In this document: one piece after another, positions 13,301-25,850 of the stretch
Layout: each line of letters opens with the position of its first letter
How positions within the stretch are numbered: position 1 is the first letter of the stretch
NCBI GenBank assembly: GCA_964247055.1
Contig: OZ176058.1
Location: 4,526,001 to 4,590,000, forward strand
Direction of reading: 5' to 3'
Source: Paragordius varius
Lineage: Eukaryota; Animalia; Nematomorpha
Length of the DNA: 64,000 nt
The notes under the pieces: generated by a model
Seen by the model: only the letters and a program-made list of their open reading frames with translations
Told to the model about the DNA's origin: nothing
Databases searched by the model: none
Made by a program: the position numbers and the translations under genes

Positions 13301-16300
13301 ATATAAAATTAATTTATTTTTTTTAAAAAAAATATTAAAAAAAAAAATAATTATTTATAAAAATAAATTAATTTCTATAAAAAAAATAATTTAATTAATT
13401 AATAAAAATGAATAAAAAAAATTAATATTTATTAAAAATAATTTAATATATTTAATAAAAATAATTTAATTTTAATAAAAATAAATTATTTTTAGACAAA
13501 AAAAAATCAATAAAACGAAATTAATAAAATAATTTTATTTTTTTAAATATAAATAAAAATTTATTAATAATAATTTGATTTTTTTAAAATTAAATAAAAT
13601 TAATAAAACGAGGTTTTACGAATTGATTAAATTTATAAATATGAAAATAATTTATAATTATAAATTGATAAAATAATTTTTTATAATAATTTATAAAAAA
13701 TAATAGAAAATAAAACGAAATTTTTATATAAATAAATAATTTTTTAAAAAAACGAAATTTAAAAAATAAAAATAATATGAAAATTAATAAATTATTTTTT
13801 ATGAAATATTTACTGAAAAATTTTTATAAAATAAATTATTTTTATAAAAATTTAAAAAATTTTTAATAATATTTTTTTTCAAAAAAAATATATTTTATAT
13901 AAAAAAACCTCATAAACGAATAGAATACGTGGTCCTATGGCATTATCTTCGGGTTCAAAAACTATATTGGGGCAATCACCTGATTTCCCCAGATCAGCTG
14001 ATTTAGGAATTTATATTTTGTAAAAATTAATTAAATTATTTAAAATATATATTTATCATTTTTCCTTGTAAAATTATCATTATTAATATTTTTGATATTC
14101 AATTTTATATGTATATAGTAAATATTTTATATTATAAATAAAAGAAAATAATATAAAATATTAAAATATAAGTTTCTATCTCATGTTAGATTGAAACAAT
14201 TAAAGAATTAAATAATTAAATTGTTTTCAATAAAACAAATATGACTTTATTATTTAAATATTATTACATATATATATATATATATATATATTAATAAATA
14301 TTTAAAATTTACATTATTTGAATAATTTCATTTTTTCTTTTTAAATAATTTCAATTTTTATTTTAAAAAAAATTATCTCTGGAATTTAAATAATTTACCA
14401 TGTGTTACACTATTTGATGTTGGGCGGCGGAAAGCGCCGGTCAGCTGTTTCTGAATAATGGCGTCACAGTCTGGACATATGCGAGTAAACAGCAGCTGTT
14501 TTTGTGATTGTTTATAAGCGCGTTTTCGTCTGTTACCACCAATTACGGACGACAAAATGGAGGAAAGAGCGGTTGATGTAGACGATTTTTGAGATATTGT
14601 ACTTCCAGGTGATTGGATCAGCTGATAACTTGTCAAACTGTCACTACAGCTGATATTGTCTTGTGAATGCCGTGAGTGTAGATTATTATCTTTTAAAGTA
14701 TATTATCAGAAAGAATAATTAATTTAGGAAAATTGAAATTAAAAAAAAAGTTTAAAAATAATTAATCATATATGGAAATTATATATGGAAATTAATTAAA
14801 AATAAAAAATTTAAATTATATCAAATTTTTTTGTAAAATTATGAATTTCAAATGTTAAAAATTAAAATTAAAAAAAATTTTTTAAACAATTTACGAAAAA
14901 AATTTTATACTAATTGAAATTAAAAAAGAATCAAAATTATTAATATATGGAAATTAATTAAAGAGGTGTGAAATAACATTTTAAATTACATCTATTTTCA
15001 ATCAAAAAAAAGTTTTAAATACTAATTGAAATTAAAAAGTATAAAATAATTAATTAATCATATATAGAAATTAAACATTATAAAAAATTTTGAAATAAAA
15101 TTTAACATTACATCTATTTTCAATCAAAAAAAATTTTTTTTTAAACAATTTAAGAAAAAAAGTTTAAAATACCAATAGAATTAACAAAAGTATAAAAATA
15201 TAAAAATCATATATGAAAATTAAAAGAATATAAATTGAATCAAATTTTTCTTTATTAAATCAAAATTAAATTCCCAATGTTATAGATATTTAAGAAAAAA
15301 GTTTAAATTTTAATTAAAATTAAAAAAGTAAAAATAAGTATTTAATCATATATGGAAATCAAAGATTATAAAATTAAATCAAATTTTTTTATTTGCAAAA
15401 TAAAATTTAATAAAATTATTATTCTAAATCAAAAATTTTTTACAAACACTTTAAAAAAAAAGTATGAAAATAATTAATTATATAAATGGAAATTAAAGAT
15501 TATAAAAATAAATCAAATTTTGCCTTTGTGTAAAATTTATTAAAATTATATCTAAATCAAAGATTTTTTTTAATAAACAATTTAAGAAAAAACGTTTAAA
15601 AATAGTAATTCAAATTAAAAAAAAAGTATAAAAATAATTAATCATATATTTAAATTAATATAATAGGTTTTATTGAGGAAATATAAATTCCATAAGTTAA
15701 AAATTATAATTACATCTATTTTCAATCAAAATTTTTTTTATAAACAATTTAAGAGAAAAAAGTTTAAAAATACTACTTATTTGTGATTCAACACCCGTTA
15801 CAGGCGAACCCAAAAACAGCTGTTGTTGTTTTTGTTTTTGAAAAGTTTGACTAGTGTAGGTATGTGGCGCGGGAAAACAGCTGTTATCAGAGTCCTCAAC
15901 AGCTGTTTCAAGAACAGCTGATGTTTGCTCATCATCAGCTGTTGAAGCAGCAAATAAGTCGTTTGAGGGCGGTGGCGAGACGATGAAGACAGTTTTATTC
16001 AACAAGGATTTAGCAGCTGCAAAGGAAAGGAATCGTGAACAGCTGTTTGCACCGCACAAAATGGCGCCGCACAGTCTGCAATGATGTTTACGACGATGAC
16101 CGGCACGGAATGCCCCGTGACAAAATGGACATACGGACACTAAATCATCTGGTATCCATTCCACCACAGATTTTTCGTATTCTATTAAAAAACGGAATTC
16201 ATAAAAAAATGTTGTAAAATAATTTTGGATTTTTGCAAAATTGTTTCAAATCAGCTGATTTTTCATAAAAATTTATCAATTTTTTTAATATTTTTTCAAA

Positions 16301-19300
16301 TTTATAAATCTTTTTAAATTTTTTATTTTTCAATTTTTTTTGAAATTATATATTTATATATATATATATGTATATATATAATATATCATAAAATACACCT
16401 TTTTTAACAAATTAAAGCTTTCGATTTAAAAACTCAAAACTAACAGCTGTTTAATAAAATGTGTATTTAAATATTTTAAAATTAATTATTTTTATTATTA
16501 CATTTAAAATAACATTTAAAATGTTTCATTTGTGTGAATAGTAAATCGAGTTTCACAAAGTGTATTTAAAATGAAACAAAACAACTGATTTTCGAAAATA
16601 ATTTTAGATAATTAAAAATTTATATTAAAATGTTGTATTTAAACTTTTATTATTTAATTATCTTTAAAAAATATAAAAATGAAAAACAAAACAGCTGTTT
16701 TTCGGAAAATAGTTTTATAAAATTAAAAATTTTTATGAACATATTTTAAAAATGTTTTTAAATCAGCTTTATAAAATAATTTAAAAATTTTATAATATAT
16801 TATTATAAAAATGAAACAAAACTGTTGATTTTTAAGAATAGTTTTATAAATATAATTTTATATTATAAAAATTTGTGTATTTTAACTTTTAAAATATAAA
16901 AATGATACAAAACAGCTGATATTCGGAAATAGTTTTATAAAATTAAAAATTTTATAAACTATTTTAAAAATGATTTAAACTTCTATTTTAAATATCTTTA
17001 AAAATGTAAAAATGAAACAAAACAGCTGATTTTCGAAAATAATTTTAGATAATTCAAAATTTAATATTATAAAAATGTTTTAAACTTCTATTTAAATGAT
17101 CTTTAAAAATATAAAAATGAAAAACAAAACAGCTGATTTTCGAAAATAATTTTATAAAATAAAAATTTTATTTTATATTATTATAAAAATGTTGTATTTA
17201 AACTTCTATTATTTGAATATTTTAAAAAATATAAAAATGAAACAAAACAGCTGATCTTCGGAATTTTTTTTATAAATTAAAATTTTATATTATAAAAATG
17301 TTTTTAAATCAGCTGATTTGAAAATTAAAATATTTTTATCCGTAATATTTTCAAATTTCTCATTATTAACGAATAAATCGAGTTTCACAAAAAGTGTATT
17401 TAAAATGAAACAAAACAGCTGATCTTCGGAATTTTTTTTATAAATTAAAATTTTATATTATAAAAATGTTTTTAAATCAGCTGATTTGAAAATTAAAATA
17501 TTTTTATCCGTAATATTTTCAAATTTCTCATTATTAACGAATAAATCGAGTTTCACAAAAAGTGTATTTAAAATGAAACAAAACAGCTGATCTTCGGAAT
17601 TTTTTTTATAAATTAAAATTTTATATTATAAAAATGTTTTTAAATCAGCTGATTTGAAAATTAAAATATTTTTATCCGTAATATTTTCAAATTTCTCATT
17701 ATTAACGAATAAATCGAGTTTCACAAAAAGTGTATTTAAAATGAAACAAAACAGCTGATCTTCGGAATTTTTTTTATAAATTAAAATTTTATATTATAAA
17801 AATGTTTTTAAATCAGCTGATTTGAAAATTAAAATATTTTTATCCGTAATATTTTCAAATTTCTCATTATTAACGAATAAATCGAGTTTCACAAAAAGTG
17901 TATTTAAAATGAAACAAAACAGCTGATTTTCGAAAATAGTTTTATAAAATTAGAAATTTTATATTATATTTTAAAAATGTTTTAAACTACTATTTTAAAT
18001 ATTATTAAAAAAATATAAAAATAAAAAAAAAACAGCTGATTAAAAATAATTTTAGAAAAAATTTATAATAAAATGTTGTATTTTAACTTTTATTATTAAA
18101 AAAATATAAAAATGAAACAAAACAGCTAATTTTCGAAAATAATTTTAAAAAATTAAAAATTTTCTATTAAATTATCATAAAAATTGTTTCAAATCAGGTG
18201 ATTTGAAAATTAAAATACCTTTTCTATCCGTAATATTTTCAAATTTCTCATTATTAACGAGTAAATCGAGTTTGATCAAAAAATGTATTAAAAATGAAAC
18301 AAAACAGCTGATTTTTGAAAATAATTATATAAAATTAAGAATTTTATAAACATATTTTAAAAATGTTTTAAACTTCTATTATTAAAATATTATTAAAAAA
18401 TATAAAAATGAAACAAAACAGCTGATTTTCGAAGATAATTTTTGAAAATTATAAAAATCAGCTTATTTAAAAATAAAAATTTTTATAAACCTTTTCTATC
18501 TGTAATATTTTCAAATTTCTCATTATTAACGAGTAAATCGAGTTTGACCAAAAGTTTGTTGCATTCATTAAAATAGCCGTCGTATTTATTGGAGCGCGCC
18601 ATTTTGAAAATTTTGGTGTGAGTTCGGTAGACGCCTTTTTTTGTGAAAAAAAATAATTTACAAAAAAAATTCAAAAATTTATTAAATAATAAAAAATTTG
18701 TATTTTTTTTCATTTTGATAATATACTATTTTAAAATATATCATAAAATAATTTATATATTTAAATTTTTTCATTTTAATAATATACTTTTTGAAATTTA
18801 TTAAAAAATAAAAAATTTGTATATTTTTTTCATTTTGATAATATACTTTTTAAAATATATCATAAAAATAATTTATATTTTTTAATATTTATTATATTTT
18901 GGGTTTTTTAAAAAATTATTTAATTTTTATATTAGAATTATTTAATAACATTTTTTTGAATTATTAATCAAAAAATGGCAATTATATGATAATTTTCCTT
19001 TAACAGCTGTTTTTTGTTTTATTAAAAAATATTATTGAATTTTTTAATTTTTAATTTTTTAAATTAAAATTATTCTTGAATTTTTTTGAATTTTACAATT
19101 ATAATTTTTTTATAATTTTCAGAAATTCCAACGTATTTATTCTGAACGCTTTAAAACTAATTAATAATCTTAAAAAAATTAAATATAAAATAAAAAAAGT
19201 CTTAACACAATAGAATTAATGAAATCATATTAAAATATTTATATTTAATTATATTTGAAATAATTCAAACTTGTCTTTAAATTACAAAAATAAATTTTAA

Positions 19301-20917
19301 ATTATTTTCGAGTTTTATCAAAATAAACATCAACCAAAAAACAATATTTTCAAAATATTTTTTAAAATTTAATTATTTTCGAGTTTTATCAAAATAAACA
19401 TCAACCAAAAAACAATATTTTCAAAATATTTTTTAAAATTTATTTATTTTTTATTATTTTTATCTAAAAAAAGAAAAAAAAATATTCACCTAACGGAATA
19501 GAACTCATGCAATCATATGTGAGTTTTCTGTTAACAGCTGATTTTGTATCAAAAGCGCCCCCTTCGCGGTTTGTGCCATCTGTGTTTTCAATTATCGCAC
19601 GTTTTGCTTTGTTCATTACATCTGATGGAAAATAAAATTAATTTTAAAAAAATTATTTAAAAAATTACAAAAAAATCTATATAATATTAATTAATTAATT
19701 TTATTTACTTATTTTATTACAAAAAATAATTATTTTTTAATTAATTAGTATATTTAGAAAATATAACTTAAAAATATTTATGTTAGATTAATAAAAATTT
19801 TCAAAATTAATTTCTGTACATTTTTTTTATTAATAAAAAAAATATAAAATTAAATTAAATTTTTATAAAAAAAAATAAAAATAAATTAAAGTTTATAAAT
19901 ATTTTTATTTTGATTTATAATATATTTAGAAAAAATATCCTAAAAAATGTTAAATTACAAGAAATGTTAAAAATAATTTTTTTTAAGAAAAAAATTTATA
20001 TTTTAGCTAATTAATTAAAATAATTTTAAATTAATTAAACTATATTTAGAAAAAATATCTTAAAAAATAGTGAAAACAATTTAAAAAATTAATACATAAT
20101 TAATTATAATTTAATTATTTAAAAAATTTAAATATTATTATTATTATTTAATTTGAAATATTTATTTTATATATTTTATTGAATATTCCGATAATAAAAA
20201 ATGTTATCGAAAATTTTATAAATATATATTTGTTTTAATACAAAAATTATTAATTATAATTTTGATTAACGTTTTTTACAAAAAATAGGATATATGATTA
20301 TTTAATATTAAAATAGTATTTATATATTTCATCAAATAATTAAATTATATTAATTTAAATTTTAGAAATAATAAAAAGATTTATTTTTATATTTTAGTTT
20401 TAAAAAAAATTGTTTGGAATTTATAATTTTATAATTTTGCAAATAAAATATTTTGATTATGCATTCTAACCCCAAAAATATAAAAGTGTTTTCAAATTAT
20501 TTATTTAATAAAAATACAATATTTCAAGATATTTCTATAATTTATAACAACATATTCAAATGTAGCTAAAAATTCACTTAAAACCATAAATTAAAAATTA
20601 ACTTTAGATATAATTGGACAAAAAATTAAAAGATTAGTTATTTATAACCAAATTTAGGCTTAAGTGAATACAATATAAAAACGTGTTAAATTTTAAAACT
20701 TTAAAACTTAAAACAAATGTTTTTTGAAAGTTTAAAAACAAAAACCTTTAAAAGATTGTATAAAATCTTTTTCGTCTGCATGTCTTTCCTCAAAATGTGA
20801 TTGCAAATTAAAAACATCGCCAAGATCTGAAAAACAGATGGGACATAAAAAGCCTTCATGAATAACGCCTGAACTGTTTTCTGAGGTGGGTGGACTGTTA
20901 TTAATATATTCACTCAT
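10368..20917 (-). CDS. RBSN: Rabenosyn-5 (Rab effector with C2H2, FYVE and C-terminal Rab-binding helix), 9 exons, about 767 aa
   Basis: Exons 20746-20917, 19490-19621, 18491-18634, 15777-16181, 14399-14689, 13909-13997, 12628-12698, 11760-11849, 10368-11277; phases consistent (2304 nt). N-terminal EGFLCPIC..LQSHFEERH zinc finger; FYVE EKSVVEWIPDD..CPFC..RRKHHCRLCGAILC with distal RICPDC; C-terminal ETNLRELRDRL resembles the rabenosyn Rab-binding motif (nematode rabs-5). Confidence 0.9.
16400..18470. repeat. CAGCTG-rich minisatellite in rabenosyn intron 3, including four 168-bp units carrying the exon 3 tail
   Basis: AAACAAAACAGCTGAT repeated throughout; CAGCTG at 17248, 17416, 17584, 17752 gives period 168; the units contain TTCTCATTATTAACGA(A/G)TAAATCGAGTTT from exon 18491-18634. 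Confidence 0.9.
19300..19442. repeat. About 70-bp direct tandem duplication in rabenosyn intron 2
   Basis: TTATTTTCGAGTTTTATCAAAATAAACATCAACCAAAAAACAATATTTTCAAAATATTTTTTAAAATTT occurs twice. Confidence 0.85.
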
Positions 20918-22914
20918 TCATTGAACAGCTTGTAATTTAAATTTGTCTTTTAAGTTTTTCATCATAAAATGCACATTTGTTCGATTCTATATAAACACAT
21001 TTATTTTAAAAAATCTATTTTTTAAAATTGGATAAAGCTATCATAAATATTTAAAGATTACTAAATATAGTGATGAAAAGCAGCAAAACTATTGAATCTT
21101 TATGTTTAAAATTATATCATACATGTATTTATAGTAGTTAATTTACAATTCTATATTTATTTATATTTAAATTACAAGGTATTTTTAAAATAATTTATAA
21201 AGATTTCTAATTAATGCCTTATATTTATTTATATTAGTTACTATCAAGATATATTTGTTTTAACTCCATCTTCTTTAACCAATCCATTTTATGTTTTATA
21301 ATTGGAAGCTTTTTAGGCATATGTGCAATGGTGTATTTGCCAATTCTATAGACTTATCTTTACTTATTATATGTAAACAAATTAATATTTAGATACAACA
21401 CGTTCATTTTAGCTTCGACTCACATTGGGGTCGTTGAATACCCCAGGCCTCTTTATAAATAATTATTTTATATAATATGGAATAAATTGAAACCATGAGT
21501 TTGCGCATGTATAGCATAAATAATCATTAAAAAACACTCAATATTAGGTAATCAGAGGTAAAACCTAAAATAATGAAATTTAACATGATATGTGAGCATT
21601 AGATAATAAGATAAATGCAAAATATACAACTTTTTCTGTTTACATAAATGTTGAATGTCATTATATTATAAAGTAAACCTAATAGCCCTAAAATCAAATA
21701 AACGCGGTATTTTGCAAAAATATTTTCAAAAAAATGGTTTATAGTCATACGAATTTTTTCAAAACTAAATTTTATTCACATTTTTATTTTATTTCTATGA
21801 ATTTTATTAGAATAGAAGCATAAATTTGAATTGTAACCGTTTCTTTCATTAATTTATTATAAATCACAACTGAATAATTATCTGGGGTATATGGATATCT
21901 CAATATGAATCGTATTGATAAACCAGGGATCTCTAACACGCTGCCTGAGAAAAATATAAATGTGGTAAAATCTTAAAATCGATATTCCTTAAAAAAAATA
22001 ATTATGTTCATTTAATTGTCAAAAATTAAAAAAAATGATATCGTGTTAAGATCTTGCAATCTTATATTCAAAACTAATATATTATTATTTATGAATGCCC
22101 ATATAAATGTAATATCGATTGCGTCCTGTCGTATTATTTAAGTCGAAAATACGACCAGCAAAGCCATTTATATTGGACAACCCATACATACTATGGATAC
22201 ACCTTTTCTATATTAATAATTTAATCATATTCTTTTAAGGGTTGCGTTTGGCAGAATGTAAAACATACAAAACTAATAATAATATAAGATGAAATATATT
22301 TATCTTAAATGAAGATTATTTAGAGGCTAAACAAATAAGAAACCGAAATATTAAAAAAACAACCATACGTTAGGAAATCTTGATTTTTCCTGCATCTATT
22401 TTAAATTTAATAATAGTTAATTACCACAATTTATATTTACCATTTCACAACACAAAAAATGGACGAATATATTGCTACATTATAATCCCTCTCATTTTTA
22501 GCTTTTGTTTCTAAATTCTACCAAGATTGCATTATTAGAACAGTGGGTGGTATTTACCAAAAAAAAATTTAAGCATTGCAGAAAAATTTATTTTGTCTCA
22601 AAAGCCGCGCACCATACCATAGCGATAAAATTTTTATAATTACTTGTCCCATTTCTCTAGATGTTTGTATATATCTAAAAAAAAATAAAATTTGAAACTT
22701 TATGATCCATTTCCATAGATGTTTGTTTATATGCAAAAGAACATTAAATTTTTATAAATTAACTCGGACCCATATAATAAAGAACAAACAGGGCGGTTTT
22801 TTAGTATTACTAGTTGTTTTAGAACAGTAGTGTTTCCAACAAAGAGGAATTTTGCATGCCGCATTTTTGAATCTAATTTATGCCAAAAAGGCAAAGTTGG
22901 ATATATACAATAAA

Positions 22915-23195
22915 AAGTGAAATTATACTATGTACAAAACGTTAAAATATAAAGACAATTATTTTTATACAAAAGACAACGATACTCTTTAAAACCTTAT
23001 TTTTCCTAATATAAGCTATTTAGCTACAATTGTAGATTATAGAATTGATTGTGTTAGTAATATATATATCTTTTTCATACTTTGCCATTTAAAACAATGA
23101 GTTATATTGATATAAATCAAGATGGGGTTTTCTAGGAAGAATATTTGTCTTTATAATTTTACGTTTTTACCGTATAATTTCAGTTTTAACTGTAT
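22915..23195. mobile_element. Family A MITE
   Basis: Degenerate left TIR (..TGTACAAAACGTTAAAATATAAAGACAAT) and right TIR ending TTTCAGTTTTAACTGTA. Confidence 0.7.
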
Positions 23196-23236
23196 ATACG
23201 AAATCGATATGTGAAAACCAACCCCAAGTCAAATCA

Positions 23237-23295
23237 AATAGTTGTGTCGTACTGATGAGTGCTAACAAGCACGAAACTAGTCTGCGATTACTATT
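23237..23295 (+). ncRNA. Type I hammerhead ribozyme motif (Penelope/retrozyme-like architecture)
   Basis: Core CTGATGA 23252-23258; stem II GTGCT-(AACA)-AGCAC; GAAA 23273-23276; minimal stem III C-TA-G; cleavage triplet GTC (23280-23282); stem I GTCGTA/TGCGAT plus outer AATAGT/ACTATT across a bulge. Confidence 0.8.
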
Positions 23296-24465
23296 GACGA
23301 CGAAAGAGTTTCACATATCATTTATAATTTCTGTTTATAATTAATTATCTTTCAATTTATATTCTATTTAATTTTCGATTATCATTATCTTACGGATTGA
23401 TTTTACAACTGTTATTTCTAACAAAAATTTTATTAAATTTTAAACCTATTTCGTACAACATATTCAAATGGTTTATTATTGCCAAATTTGAATTGACCAT
23501 TACAAAAGTGTGCACCCAAATAACATTGATGCACTGAAATATAAATCAAGAAAGGTTTTTTGAAAAACTTGATCAATTATTTTATGGATAACTAAAAAAT
23601 TAACAAAATTACGATATGTGTGCATATTACATTGTTTTCAAATCGAGAGACATCAAAATACCTGACCCTTATCAAGTAATTTAAGTTAACACTTTTGTGA
23701 TAACTCTTCCATATCAGTATATGGCAAAATTTGCCCAGAAAATTTATTTTAATTAAAAAAATATAAATTTATTCAATATATATATATATATATATATATA
23801 TATCTATGCGATATTGTATATTTAATATAAATAATCACATTAAGGAAAATTGTTTTAATTATATATGCATATATATATATATATATGCATATAAAGTATT
23901 GCGACCTTTTTTCGTAAAAAATTATATTTATACATAAATATATAATATTTTTTAAAACAAAATTAATCAATTAAATTTATTAAAAGCATTTATACCATTA
24001 ATAGTTCAAATTCACCCTGAAAATAATTATGTGTTTTCGAATGAATATAACTCATTATTAATATGAAATATATCTTTATGGCATAGTTTTATATTTTTTC
24101 AGTATTATTTAAATTTAAAATTTCATTTTTTAGAAATATTAAAATATAGGTAATTTTTAATCTTAAAAAACATGTAATTTATTTGAGGGTGAATTTGAAT
24201 TGTTCAAGAGTAAATTTGAATTGTTTCGGGGTAAATTGGAATTATAAATGGTATATATAGTTGAATAGAAAAAAATCAAGTTTACGAAACTATATTTTAT
24301 TTAATAAAATACTTATCATTAATAATATTTTGTCCGTGTAATTTCTCAATTTTTGCTGAATTTGAATAAATTTAATATATATATATATATATGAATAATT
24401 ATAAAATGTGCAGTTTTTTCTTCACAAAACTTTTAGATATAACTAAATATTCATTTTTTGCGCAA

Positions 24466-24523
<58 letters not shown>

Positions 24524-24526
<3 letters not shown>

Positions 24527-24766
24527 ATTTACAATTTAAATTCACCCTTGAACAATTCAAATTCACCCTCAAATAAAAGATATGCTTTTTCAGATTAAAA
24601 ATTATTTATATTTTTTAAAAAAAAATATTTTTTTATAATAAAATAATACTGAAAAATATAATAAACTTTCATATTAATAATGAGTTATATTAGTTAGAAA
24701 AAACATATAATTTGAATTGTTTGAGGGTGAATTTGAATTGTTCAAGGGTGAATTTAAACTGTAAAT

Positions 24767-24769
<3 letters not shown>
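24524..24769. mobile_element. MITE family B inserted in (TA)n microsatellite, 246 bp
   Basis: About 50-bp near-perfect TIRs ACCATTTACA(A/G)TTTAAATTCACCCTTGAACAATTCAAATTCACCCTCAAA with (TA)n runs on both sides; related copies at about 23990-24252 and 9130-9663 (the latter interrupted by a family A MITE). Confidence 0.8.
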
Positions 24770-24799
<30 letters not shown>

Positions 24800-24805
<6 letters not shown>

Positions 24806-25641
24806 TAAAATTGTCTTTAGTAGTGAGTAATTTTGACTTTTTTTATATAACTAACTATAATTATTGGTTTTTTGCGTAAGGTACAGGCAAAAATTGGAAT
24901 TATACGAAAGGACAAAATGTAAAATATAAAGACAAAATTTTTTTTCTAAAATCTTTTTTAATTATAACTCATTATTTAATTTTGCAAAGTGTGTTATAGA
25001 TATATATAATACTTAAACAATTAATTTGATTTTTTACCATCGTATTTGAATAGTTTATATGAAAAAAACTAAGGTTTAAAAAGTATGGTTTTCTTTTGAA
25101 AAAAATATTAGTCTTTATTTTTACGTTTTGTCCTTCGGTATAAATTCAATTTTTTACTATATATATATATAACTAAATTTTGCAGTTTTAAAAAATTAAA
25201 AAGTTAAGGTTGTCGGTTAGATAAAAAACATTTGTCTTTATAGAAATTTTGGAGTTTTATTAGCAAAACACATGTTTTTTTTTCATTTTTTCAATTGTTT
25301 TTTAGGTAATAAAAGTTTGATTATGTAGTATTGTCTTTTTATTTCCATTAAAATTATTAATTCCATTGAAATTTTCTTTAGTGGTGAGTAATTGTTGACT
25401 TTTAGATATAACTAAATATTGGTTTTTTGCGTAAAAATATATATATTCAAGAAATTTTGCAGTTTTATTTGATAAAATACATGGATTTTCCATTTTTTAA
25501 GTAATAAAAGTTTGATTATGTAGTATTGTCTTTTTATTATTTCCATTAAAATTATTTTGATTCATAAAATTTTCTTTAGAATTAGAATTATTAGTGAATG
25601 TTTGAGTTTTAGAAATAGCTAAATATTGTTTTTTGCGTAGC

Positions 25642-25672
<31 letters not shown>

Positions 25673-25850
25673 TATATCAAGAAATTTTGCAGTTTAGAAA
25701 AAGTATGGAATTTCTTTGTTTAAAAAAAAAACATTTTTTTAGGTAATAAAAGTTTGATTATGTAATATTGTCTTTTTATTTCCATTAAAATTATTTTGAT
25801 TATTCATGAAATTTTCTTTAGAATTATTAAAAGTATTAGTATTTATAAAT
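24800..25850 (-). repeat. About 200-bp tandem units duplicating the SLC35A stop-codon region
   Basis: GTAATAAAAGTTTGATTATGTA(A/G)TATTGTCTTTTT at about 25305, 25501 and 25743; a related spacer at about 24810-24875. Confidence 0.8.
24885..25160. mobile_element. Family A MITE
   Basis: TACAGGCAAAAATTGGAATTATACG..GGACAAAATGTAAAATATAAAGACAAA and inverted right end ..TTTTACGTTTTGTCC..TTTTTTACTATA. Confidence 0.65.
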
